Below are positions 11,130 through 22,384 of a stretch of DNA of 64,000 bases, piece after piece. The DNA is from Callorhinchus milii. Taxonomy: Eukaryota. How positions within the stretch are numbered: the stretch's first letter is position 1; every line of letters starts with the position of its first letter. The notes under the pieces were generated by a model that worked only from the letters and a program-made list of their open reading frames with translations, ran no database searches and was not told where the DNA came from. The stretch is from assembly GCF_018977255.1 (NCBI RefSeq), contig NW_024704743.1, forward strand, positions 9,984,001-10,048,000, read 5' to 3'. A program made the translations under genes and the position numbers.

Positions 11130-12895
11130 TTTTGCCGACCTCCTCTTCACTGTAAACCTTACCATCCACATAAACTCCCCGATCCACAACTGTAGCCACC
11201 CCCTTGACCTAGTCATAACCCATGGCCTAGACATTACTTATCTGTCCATCGCAAACAAGGCCATCTCAAACCACTTCCTCATCTCCCTCTCCTCCCACAT
11301 CACCCTCCCCTCCTTTAAGCCCTCTGCCATCTGTATCCACCCACGGAAAAAGCTTCCCCCTGAGTCCCTCAAAATGCCCTCTCATTCTCTGACTAGGTCA
11401 AAGCCCACCCTTCCTTTGGTACGCTCGAGCGCAGATGACACAAAACCGGCCTCACAGTTCACCGCCAACTGTGGCTCGAGCATCTTCAAACCTACCATTG
11501 CTCCCTCTCCGAAGCCAAAACTACTTTCTATTCTAAACTCATCCTCGAGACCAAACACAACCCCAAAATCTTTTTCTCCATGACCCACTCCCTGCTCCAC
11601 GCCCCCTCTCAAGCACCCCCGAACCTCACCTCAGATGCCAAGTGTGAAGAGGTCCTGGACTTTTTTATAACCAAAATCAACAATATCCACTTGGCTGCCT
11701 CCTCCTTCTCACCCCCATGTCTCCTACCACCCCACCCATGCCTCTGTCACCACCACGGCACACACATTACTCTCATTTGCCCCCATCTCTTCTGCCTCCC
11801 TATCCCCCACCATCACCAAAATGAAGCCCACCAGCTTCTGCCTCGACCCCCTCCCCACCCAGCTACTGGTCACGCAATTCCTCCCTCCTCTGCCCACTAC
11901 TGGCTTATACAATCAACCAGTTCCTCTCCTCAGGCTCTGTCCCACTCCTCCTTAAAACTACTGTTATCTGCCCTTCTTGGCCAAAGTTTTGGAATTTGTA
12001 GTTTCCAATCAACTATGCTAACACCTTTCCCTTTACTCCCTGCTCGAACCCCTCCAGCACAGTTGTTGCCCTACCCACAGCAAAGCACTTGTCAAAGTAA
12101 CAAATTGTGTCATCTCTCTCTGTGACCAGGGCTCCCTCTGCCTCCTCGTTCTTGTCATCCTCTCTACCTCATTTGACACAATGGATCACACCATCCTCCT
12201 CCACCGCCTCTCCTCCCTCATCCACCTCAGTGGGACGTCACACACCAACAACAACAAGATTCCATTCCTCGCATGGTTTGGAGATTCCTCCACTCGCATG
12301 GTTTGAGTCCTACTTGACTAACTGCCAACAATTTATCTCAGGAAATAGGTTCTGCTCCCAACTCCGCCTGGTCACCTGTGAGGTATCCCAAGGCTCCATT
12401 CTTGGGCCCCTTCTTTTCATCATTTACAAGCTCCCTCTCGGCCATGTCATCTGCAGACATGGGGTCAACTTCCATATGTATGCGGATGATGCCCAAATCT
12501 ACTTCTCCTCCTCCACCTGCATCTCCCAGATCACTGATGTCCTGTCAGCTTGCCTGAGGCCATCAAGGCCTGGATGAGCGCAAATTTCCTGCAGATGAAG
12601 GTTGTCATGATAGAAGCCATAATCTTCTTTCCTGTGAGTCTGAACTTCTCAACTCCGAGCTCCACCATCGGTGTTCAGTCACTACAACCCGAAGCTCTGG
12701 AACTTTCTCCCCCAATCCCTCCATCCTGTGCCCCTCCCTCCCCACTTTCAAATTCCACCTAAAGACCTTCCTTTTTGATCGTGCTTCTGGTCACCTCTCC
12801 CCTCCTGGCTTGGTGTCAGACACCACCACCGTTAACTACTCCGGGACGCTACCCGGCCTGAAGGATGCTATATAAATGCAAGTTGTTGTTGTTGT
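11130..12895 (+). mobile_element. Older L2-clade LINE with endonuclease C-terminus, linker and RT; internally deleted
   Basis: HINSPIH..HPLDLVITHG, CLDPLP, SQGSILGPLLFIIY, HMYADDAQIY; tail atataaatgcaagttgttgttg. Confidence 0.88.
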
Positions 12896-12944
12896 AACTT
12901 GTAGCCAAACCAATCAAAGTCTGATGGAAAATCATTTATTTGTG

Positions 12945-13345
12945 TGTCAGCTTGCCTCAATTGGTAACACTCTCATTTATCATTTGGTTACGATTCAAAA
13001 GGTTATAGATTTTAAACTCACCTTGTCCAAGTTGACACTTCAGTACTGGGGGTGCACTGCACTGTTGGAGGTGCATCCTTTGAATGAAGTGTTAAACCAA
13101 GGTTACACCTGCACAAATGGATGCTAAATATCCTATGGCACTATTCAAAAAAAACAGGAAATTTCTCCTGGTGCTCTGGCTAACAATCGCGCAGATAAAA
13201 AAGATTGCTGTTTGTGACACATCGCTGCTCTGTGTGAAGAGCGCTATTTAATGCAAGTTATAGTTGTTGTTACTGTGTGTAACTTGACTGCCACGATCAC
13301 CTAGAAAATACGCAGTCAATATACTTTACATTATATTCTGCATTT
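12945..13345 (+). mobile_element. Deu-domain SINE (old)
   Basis: gttgacacttcagtactgggg...ggaggtgc, ggatgctaaatatcctatggcactattc, ctggtgctctggctaac. Confidence 0.7.
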
Positions 13346-13799
13346 TAAGACGCCCTCCCAACATGGCAAATATTATTATTGCTTGAGCTGGAATCTGAAG
13401 TAGTTGCACAGCAAACATGTGATGTTAGTGTACTCCGGTTTGCAGAATGGTTAAAAGAAGTAACATAAAAGATCTTCAGCTCTCTTCTACATTGTAAAGG
13501 CCTTTTGGACTCTGAACAATGCTTTAAGAACACACATTATTGTGAAACATTAATACAAAAACTTGGGTAATGACAATTGGGCTAAGGAGTTTTCAAAGTT
13601 CACTTTGGACATCTGAAGTGAGTGAAGTTCTGTGGCCGTGAGTAATGTGCAGAGAAAACAGGATCAAGATATAAATTCTAGCAATTCACTTGCATTGTTA
13701 AAGAAGCCATTACTTTTGCAGCCAGATATCTGAGACATACAGATCACCATGCTTAATTGTATTTAAATCAGATAAAAATGTCCACGTACGTGTGCCATG

Positions 13800-14930
13800 T
13801 ATGCATTGAAACTTCCCTGTATCTGGAATGGAATGCACACACCCTCCCTTATCTGATTCTGGGAAGTACTAGGCACCGATTGGTGAGAACCAAGACTTGA
13901 GGACTCCAGTGTATGCTGAGGTAATGCTGGGGTTTGACCAGCTAAAGGCACATATCTTATCTTTGAAAGCAGTGTCTGGCAAGCTTCCTACTGCTTGTCC
14001 AGCTAGGACCACCGCTAGGGCTTGGATTGTGCTAGCTCGTCAAGCAACAACAACAACAACAACAAGATTCCATTTATAAAGCGCCTTTCACGTCAGGAGG
14101 ACGTCCCAAGGCGCTGCACAGTTGGGTCATGACCCGAGCAGGGGGGAAATGGTCAGGGTGAGGGGAGGGAAGGGAGGGAGCGAGGAGGGGGGAAATGGTC
14201 AGGGTGAGGGGAGGGAAGGGAGGGAGCGAGGAGGGGGAAGAGAGTCAAGAGGGGAGCTGAAGGCTCGGTCAAAGAGAAAGGTTTTGAGACCGGCCTTGAA
14301 GGAGGAAAGGGAGGAAGCAAGGCGAAGGCACTGGGGGATGGAGTTCCAGAGCCTGGGGGCTGAGAGGCTGAAGGTCCGACCACCAATGGTAGGGCGGTTG
14401 GGGCGGGGGACGTGGAGCAGACCGGAGCCAGAGGAACGGAGGGTACGGGCAGGTAGGTAGGGGGATAGTAGGTTGGAGAGGTAGGAGGGAGCAAGGCCAT
14501 GAATGGCCTTGTAGGTGAGGATGAGGATCTTGAAATCAATCCTCTGGGGGATGGGGAGCCAGTGGAGGCGAGCGAGGGTGGGAGTGATGTGGTCCCGAAG
14601 CCTGGTGCAGGACAGTACACGAGCTGCAGAGTTCTGAATGACCTGCAGCTTGTGGAGGGAGGTGGCGGGAAGGCCGGCGAGGAGAGAGTTCCCATAGTCC
14701 AGCCTTGAGGTGACAAAGGCATGAACTAGGGTTTCAGCAGCGTGAGGGGTGAGGTAATGCCGTAGTCTGGCGATGTTCCGGAGAAGCAGTGCAGGGTTAA
14801 CTGGAGTTGAGTGAGAAGAATCCCTGCCCCTATTCTCTGCCCCTCCATGTCCTGCTGATGAGCAGAGCTGGGCTGTCATGAGCAGTGTCCTGGAGTTCTG
14901 CAGACCCTCCTGGCTCTCAGACCATACATT
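13800..14930 (-). repeat. Element X, copy 2, split by an L2 insertion (14046-14783)
   Basis: ggaatgcacac..., ctgcttgtccagctagg on the left; gcagggttaactggagttgagtgagaagaatccctgcccc on the right. Confidence 0.8.
14046..14783 (-). mobile_element. Young L2 3' fragment
   Basis: (AAC)n tail at 14046; [38 protein letters not shown]...FLFDRAF; ~48-bp G-rich tandem duplication at ~14141-14237; aagca on both flanks. Confidence 0.95.
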
Positions 14931-14959
14931 CTGAAGAATGGTATACCTAACATTGCTTT

Positions 14960-15212
14960 GCATCTGCAGGACTATATTGGAGTGTCAGCCTGGACTAGGT
15001 GAGTTCAAAGTCTCGATGTGAAAGGTGCTATACAAAATAATAATATTACTCATCACATCGTTGAGAAATCTCAGAGCGCTTCACAGGATACACTGTAAAG
15101 TGGATTGGCTGTATATTTTGTGGGCAAAAATGCAATAAATGCAATTTGTTGTTGTTGTGGAACCCACAATCTTCTAACTTAAAGGTGAGAGTGCTACTGA
15201 GCCAGGCTGATG
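14960..15212 (-). mobile_element. Deu-SINE head plus young-SINE tail fragments
   Basis: ggagtgtcagcctggact, cttctaacttaaaggtgagagtgctactgagcca; agcgcttcacaggatacactgtaaagtg. Confidence 0.6.
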
Positions 15213-15519
15213 AAATTAAATGGACTGAAGGGCCTTCTTTTCATTCGAACCTCTCTTGTAGGACCTTGTGTGAAAGGGTCTGAAGTTACTTTGTTTCAGT
15301 CTGGTAGTCTTTCCAAAATGGGCTGCTGCATGGATTCTTTGTCAAGTAGTTGCCAAAACCAGGCCAACTGTCCACTCAGGGTATTCAGCCCAAATCTGTT
15401 TATAGGTGTTGAGTCCAGCTGTACAAAGGGGGGTATTCCCATAGTAAAAACCCAGATTTGCCTCCAAGTTCTTCATTCATTGACTGGGTTATGTAGGCCT
15501 CACAGTGAACAAACATACA

Positions 15520-15740
15520 TAGTTGAATAGTAAACCTGTGGAACAGGCTTCCTTAGGAAATGGTTGAAGCAGGAAATGTTGATTCCTTCAAACACAGATT
15601 GGATAGTTTTCTTTTAGGAAATAACTTTATGGGATATAGTACATAAGTAGTTTGGGACATATGTGCATGTGACCACCAGGAAGGTGAACCAGATGGACCT
15701 TGGTCTTTTCTTCGTCTATCATTTCTTATGTTCTTATAGT
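15520..15740 (+). mobile_element. CR1 3' end
   Basis: IVNLWNRLP-like sequence followed by a ttcttatgttcttat tail. Confidence 0.75.
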
Positions 15741-16500
15741 TGTGTAGGGCCTTGATGGACACCAAGGAGGCAAGCTGCTTGCCTCAGTGTTGAGTGAAGC
15801 GGAGGGGACGAGGGTCACCCAGAGGTCTAGGCATCATTTTAGAAATAATTTATGTTAATGTTATGTATGGTGGTGTGCCAAGGAGACCGGAATGCTGATT
15901 CATGGAATGAAAAAAGGCTGCTCTTGTGCAAAGCAAGGACATTATATGGCTATTGTCTCTGACTGGTGTCAGGAAGCAGCCGTTTATAATATAAATGTCT
16001 TCATTCATTTCACTTCTGCTTTTGCCATGTGGCTGGAGTGCACAAGTAGTTGCACAAGAAACTACTTTATACAGCAACTTTCACACAAAACAAAATGCCT
16101 GAAAGTGCTTTGGAAATAAAATTACAGTGATTGGAAACAAAAGAGTCTGTTGTTATACAGCTAACCACGCAGCTAATCTACATGATCCCATAAACAACAA
16201 TGAGATACGTAGCTTATCAGTTTGAGTTTGGGGAGGAGGGAACATTTGAATGAAAAGGGAATATATCAACAGTCACTACACCTTAAAGTAACTAGTCAAA
16301 GTGCCTTGAGGTATTTTGAAATGATAAGTTGCTGTATTGAATGTTTGAATACTTTGAATTATTTGAATGGTGTTACTGTAATATTTTAGTTAGTCCTTTT
16401 GCACTTTGGTAGTTCTTCTGACAATGTTGCATTCAATATTTGTCTCATATTATTATTTGACATCTTAGTAATAATTCTTGCATTTGATATAGTGCCTTAT

Positions 16501-17120
16501 ACACCACATACGTCCTCGAAAATAAAAACCTAAATGGGGTAGAGGAGCAAATGGATCTAGGGGTACAGATACACAATTCCCTAGAAGTAGCAACACAGGT
16601 TAATAAGGCCATAAAAAAGGCAAACCAGGCATTGGGGTTTATTCCTAGAGGGATATAAATGAAAAGCAGGGAAGTTATGGTAAACTTCTATAGAACCTTG
16701 GTTAGACCACACTTAGAATACTGTGTGCAGTTCTTGTCCCCACATTATAGAAGGGATGTAGAGGCACTGGAGAGGGTGCAAAGGAGATTCACAAGGAGGA
16801 TCCCAGAACTGAGAGGTTATATCTATCTGGAAAAGCTGAACATATTGGACTCTTTTCTCTTGAAAAAAGGAGGGTAAGTGGTGACCTGATAAAGGTCTTT
16901 AAAATGATGAAAGGTTTTGATAGGATAGACATAGAGAAAATGTTTCCACTTGTGGGGGAGACTAAAACCAGGGGCCATCAATATAAAATAGTCACAAAAA
17001 GATCAAATAGGGAAGTTAGAAGAACTTTCTTCACATGGAGAATAGTGGGAATGTGGAATACAGACCAGTTGGGCCGAATGGTCCGTTTCTGTGCTGTGTA
17101 TTCTAATGTATTCTAATGTA
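16501..17120 (+). mobile_element. CR1 3' fragment
   Basis: YRTLVRPHLEYCVQFLSPHYRRDVEALERVQRRFTR, KMFPLVGETKTRGH; (ttctaatgta)2 tail. Confidence 0.92.
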
Positions 17121-17180
17121 TTATCACATCATTGAGATATCTCAAAGTGGATATACTGTAAAGTGAATTGACTGTGTATT

Positions 17181-17290
17181 TCGCCCACAAATATACAGTC
17201 AATTCACTTTATAGTGTGTTCTGTGAAGCGCTTTGGGATGTCCTCCCGACGTGAAAAGTGCTATATCAAATGCAAGGATTATTATTATTA
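17181..17290 (+). mobile_element. 5'-truncated young SINE nested antisense in another SINE
   Basis: tcgcccacaaatatacagtc...aaatgcaaggattattatt; tattt on both flanks. Confidence 0.85.
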
Positions 17291-17569
17291 TTTTGTGAGC
17301 GAAACGCATTCAATTGCACACAGCACTGTCCCACAAACATGGATTGACTGACCAAAATTATTATTATTTTTTGAAGGGATTATTATCCGCAGAAAGTGAT
17401 CCGTCAAACCCCCTGTCAATTTAAACTCACATTATGTGCTCTGGGGTTAGGCCTTCAGTTTAATAATTTCACAGGAATTAAATCCCACAAAATCCCTTTG
17501 TTTTAGCTGGGGGGGACAGGGGGTTATGGGTTTTCACACCCAGATAAAGATGAAATGCAAGGCATCCCC

Positions 17570-17836
17570 TGCTGTGTGGTTTTAGCTGGTTAGATTCCAG
17601 AGGTACCCCAATGCACACTCTGGGGTCCCCAAGCCTTAGCTCTTGCCAACCTGCACCTAATACTTTCCGGAATTAGGTAAGCAGATGTGTCCCTCCAGGG
17701 AGAGAGTGTGCATTCCATTACAACAATCTGTCTCTGCGATTTCCATGTGTAAGTGGGATGCATGGAAATCTAAGCTTGGTTTGGATGCTCCTAAACATAG
17801 TGATGGGTATGTGTTAGACACCTGGCTGACAAAATC
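17570..17836 (+). repeat. Element X, copy 3 (3' half)
   Basis: ctgcacctaatactttccggaattagg, ends agacacctggctgacaaaa. Confidence 0.85.
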
Positions 17837-18684
17837 TGTACAACGCAAGTCCCTTAACCTTAAAACAGCATTGACTCAGCCATGAGCCAGTGTGGACTGC
17901 CGTTTCCCACACTAGCCAACCTGATGCCATCACTTGTCATTGTGTCAACCTTGTGCCAACCTCATCACAGAGTTTAAGATAGCTCCAAACTCAATTCACA
18001 CAGGAGCCCTGTTACTGAAAATGTCTCATTGCCCTGCATCTGTTTTGTGAGGGCTCCTCCAGAATAGCAATGGAGGCTGGCCAGGAATAGCGTTTTATTG
18101 TAATGTGCTACAGAGCAACCTGAAACATGACTTTATTATTATTCATTATTTATTACCTCAAGTGCCGTCCCTGATCTCTCACTGCATTCTCTGCCTCTCC
18201 CCCTTTCACAAGCTCAACCTTACCGGAACCTCCTCCTTCAGCTGTGCTATTAGACCATGGAATTCCCCAGCCAGCATTATTGCTGATTCAGATACTTTCA
18301 AAATATCTATCTGTCTGGCACAAGCTGTAATGTATTCTGTTCCATCAAATTACTTCTCTCTAAATCTGCAAATTGGCAGCGTTTCTCCTAACCTATTGGC
18401 TTGATGCTTTGCAATTTATTATTTGTAATAATTGCTTATGTATTGACTCTGCTCTTAAATAGTGTGTTTCATGTAATTCTGGATAAGTCCTGTTACGTGC
18501 TCCTGTTTATTGTATTGTAATTGTTTATGCATGTTCGTTAAATGGTCATTTGAAGTGTTCTCCCTGAGGGTACCTTTAAATCTCCTGCTTGTTCCTTCCT
18601 GGGATCATGCTGTACTGGATTTGATTCTCTCTTGTATTGTACTAAAAGTGAAAGAAAATAGTAATCTATTGTCTGTATTTGTAA

Positions 18685-18880
18685 TAATTCTCACATTTGT
18701 TATAGCGCTTATAATGTTAAGAACATCTCAAAGAAATTCACAAAGTTTTGTTCTGTAAACTATAGTGACTGTATTGGTAGGTAAACATGGTAGCCAATTT
18801 ATGTGCAGTGATATCCCACAAACAACTATGAGCTGAATAATCTGTCTGACTGTTGGTCAGGACAACAGGAGAGTCAACTG
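18685..18880 (-). mobile_element. Decayed Deu-domain SINE 3' part
   Basis: gtagccaatttatgtgcagtgatatcccacaaac...gttggtcaggacaacaggagag. Confidence 0.6.
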
Positions 18881-20528
18881 CTATTTACAGGACATCAATT
18901 TATGCCACACACTTCATACTCTTTTACTTTTTTCACGCTTTCTGACTCAAGGGGTAGTTTCATGCACTAAGAATCAAAATGATCAACCAGCAATAATACA
19001 ACAATATTTTGAAGTCTAGTCTCATCAACCTTCCAACCTCTTTGAATCCAAACTGCAATCAAGCGCAGCGAACTGTCTTTCTCAACATCTCGTTAGTCTC
19101 TGACATGTTAAGTTAAGTTCAGGACAGCTGATGTGTATTCACTCGCCTTTAGTACCTGTGTCAGATTCTTTTCTCCACCATTCCTCCACCTCCTCCCTCT
19201 CTTGTTTGCTTACTTTTTCTCATAATTACATTGTAAGACCAACTCTTGTGTCTTCAATATCTTTCCCAATTGAAAATCAGTTCACAACTCTAATCGCTAT
19301 CATTTTACACCCTAATCATTAGGCAGCTTCACATAAATACATTTTTTTCAACAAAAAAACTTCCTCTGCTCTGTCTGACAATGGAGTGAATTTGCCCACT
19401 ATTCCAAGTGAGCTTTCATTCAGTAAAAGCACTTTAGAATTGCAGAGGGCTGAGAATTGCTGGGAGCTGTATTTGTGTCTCATTCATGCTTACAGTAATG
19501 CAGGAAAACTATGAAGAGTATGCAATTAGTGATCTGAGCAATGAATGGACCAGTTAATCAGCAGACAATAGACAGGGCTCAGGACCCATTAGCCCAAAAG
19601 GAAGTGTTGCCATTGTCACAAGCACTAAGAATGCATGCAGAGATGCCCTTAATTTAGGCTTCTCTGGAAGGAGTAAAAGTTTACAAGACTTTAGTTTAGC
19701 AAAGTGTTTGGTGGGATTTTTCTTTAGCTTTAATTCATTTTTGTTTACAGACTTCCTGGGATTTCAATCTGTTTTCATTCCTAAGACTCAAAAAGCTTGG
19801 GTCTTTGATAACATTTGCGTTCCATCTTTTTCTGTCAATTAGTCCCTTGAGTCTTTTAGCACACACGGTTATTGCACCTCTTCGATATAAAACTCATGGC
19901 ACTGTTATTTCCAAATGAATAGCTTTGTTGAAAGAAAATTAAAAACGTTATTCTGTATTGGTTGATAAAGCAACAATGACACAGTCATTAAAACGCAAAC
20001 AATTTATGCCTTATGTAGTTAATAAAGTCATTAAGTTTACTGAGGCAGGCAGCACTCTTGCTCTCTTCTGATGTTTATTCAAACATGAAATATTACAGCA
20101 TTTAAAAAAAGACATTTTCTCTTTTGCTGCTAATCCTTTTGAGTGTAAGTGTTGACTCTGGAGAAGGAAACAAAACCTTGTGTCAAGTACATACTGTATA
20201 CGGTTTTTCAAAACGAAATGAGAAAAGGAAGCATTGCTGTATTTGACAAATCATTTAAGTAACACTTTTGTATCAAAGCTGCCCATGCAATAACAGTTCT
20301 GCCTCGCACTGTCAATGCACTGCACGGTAAAAATGGTTGAAGATTGAAGACATTGGATTAATGTTAAGAGGCATGGAAAATGGGCATGGCAATGCGAGCA
20401 AGTGCCTGTGAGCATTTTTGAGTTGATATGTGATGCTGCGTTTATATTGTATGCTATATTCAATAGAAATGACTTGGCAACACCCGATTCCCCTCCCACC
20501 CACCAAGCCTGTTCTGTCAAATTCCTTC

Positions 20529-20898
20529 TTGGATTCCTGTAGTTCAGTGGTTAGAGCGCTCGCCTGGCAAGCAAGAGACCTGGGTTCGATCCCCAGGCAG
20601 GACGAAACTTTGGGCAAGTTTCCTTACTCCACACGCCTCTGTTTACCTAGCAGTAAGTATGAACTCGGTTGTTCATCGATTGGCGGATCGCTTTACTGGG
20701 GGTAACAATTCCTTAAAAAAATTAGTCACTCAATCCACGACCGTTTGTAGGACGCTGCTGTGTACAATTGGCTGCTGTGTTTCGCCCACAAAATATACAG
20801 TTAATTCAGTTTACAGTATATTCTGTGAAGTGCTTTCAGATGTCTCGAAGACATGATAAGGCGTAACATCAAATGCAAGGATTATTATCATTATTATA
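20529..20898 (+). mobile_element. Full-length young SINE, long form
   Basis: A box tagttcagtgg, B box gttcgatcc, gcctctgtttacctagcagtaagt segment, Deu block, (ATT)n tail. Confidence 0.95.
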
Positions 20899-22384
20899 TT
20901 CAATGCCATCATCTGATTTCACCATGTTGTTTCTCTCACAAGTTTTGCTATGGGAGCCATCGACGCTACTGCTGAGATAGAAGGAGCAAAAGTAAAATAA
21001 AAAACAAAAAGCTCATAAACTTGAAACTCCGACTTCACACCCGCTTCAGGTACATTGCAAATGGAAAATAAAATTAAATAAAATGGACTGGAGGAATCTC
21101 TGACCTCCCTGGATCCTCACTAACACCAGCAACATTATTTGTTTTTTTATTGTCAGTCTGATGGGCCAAACCATTGGAAATCTCCGCCTGGCTCAAAAAA
21201 TGCACCATCAAGACTGCCACGAAGGATTGATTTCATTTTGACATTTCATTGCTAAGCATGACATCTTAGAGCCAGTTCAGCTCCAAGGAAACCTTGCTTA
21301 CCTCCCCTACACTGCTTCTTTAGGGATTGTTGCACTAAGCAGTTTGTAGGGTACTACTGCCAACAATCAAGGGTAAAGACAGCACAATCTAACCCAAAAC
21401 AATTGAAGCTTGAGAACATGTCCTTTGCAAATGAATGCATCCATTAATTGAGATGGAATCGTCTATAAATGAATAACTACCACAGTATGTTGTACCAAAT
21501 ACAGAAATGTTTCCACAAGACGCGTATCACTGGAACTGAAACCTCCTTATTATGTGATAATTATTATTTTGCACTTAACAAACAAAAATAATTAACATGT
21601 CACTGCGTACCAGACAAAAGTTCTTCTGCAAACAGAGTTAATTGTCCTGTCAGTAATGTCAGCATTGTGTTAGCTGATAGTGTGACGCATTTTCATTAGC
21701 AGAAAAGCTTAGTTAGGGGCCTGATGTACTTTCAGCCAATAGAGTATGTGGAGAAATCTCTAAGCACCCTGTAGTTGCTTATCAGAAAATAGACAGCTAC
21801 CTTGCTTATCAATGCACTTATAATTTGAGTAATCTAATTCTTTTACCTTTTGTTTTCAAAATAAAACATAATTAAATCCTCAGCTAACTAACACTTCATT
21901 TCTCCTCTGAGTACCCCGTGGCTATCTCTTGTATTTTTTTACAAATGCAAAAAAATTCTTATGATCAGGACTTTGAACTCACATAGCCCACATTGACACT
22001 CCAATGCAGGGGTTTGAGATGTTCAACAAACATGAGAGGTGCTATATTTAGGCACAAGTTGCATTATTGCTATAGATAGAAATGACTCATTTTACTATTT
22101 GTAAGCATTGGGCTGGTAATAAATTTGAGCAAACTACTATCTGATCTGATACAAACATTATCTTTTGGATAGTGTTCCTCTGTGAATTATTGAAATGTGA
22201 CAAAAATATTGCATGGTGTAATATATACAGAGCTATATACTGTAAGCTTTTCCTTCTTTTATAATATCTGATAGCATAGAGTCCACTTTGTGCAACCTTA
22301 GTTGAAGTATTTACTCACGTACTTTCAAGTTAAAGATTAACATCATTTGTAAATTTTCAGGCACGTTGTTACTATTTAACACAA

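Larger units (their letters stand above)
16467..17407 (-). mobile_element. Young SINE (minus strand) hosting a CR1 fragment and a second SINE piece
   Basis: Tail ataattcttgcatttgatatagtgccttat at 16467 resumes as ttatcacatcattgagatatctc at 17121 and ttttgtgagcgaaacg at 17291. Confidence 0.8.

Noticed and set aside
14849..14880. Hammerhead ribozyme / retrozyme in element X (gtcctgCTGATGAg here and at ~54747-54765)
   Set aside because: CTGATGA is present and followed by a possible short stem, but the required GAAA is missing, stem I cannot form between GTC and CTGATGA, and other copies (42365-42390, 56515-56575) do not keep the core
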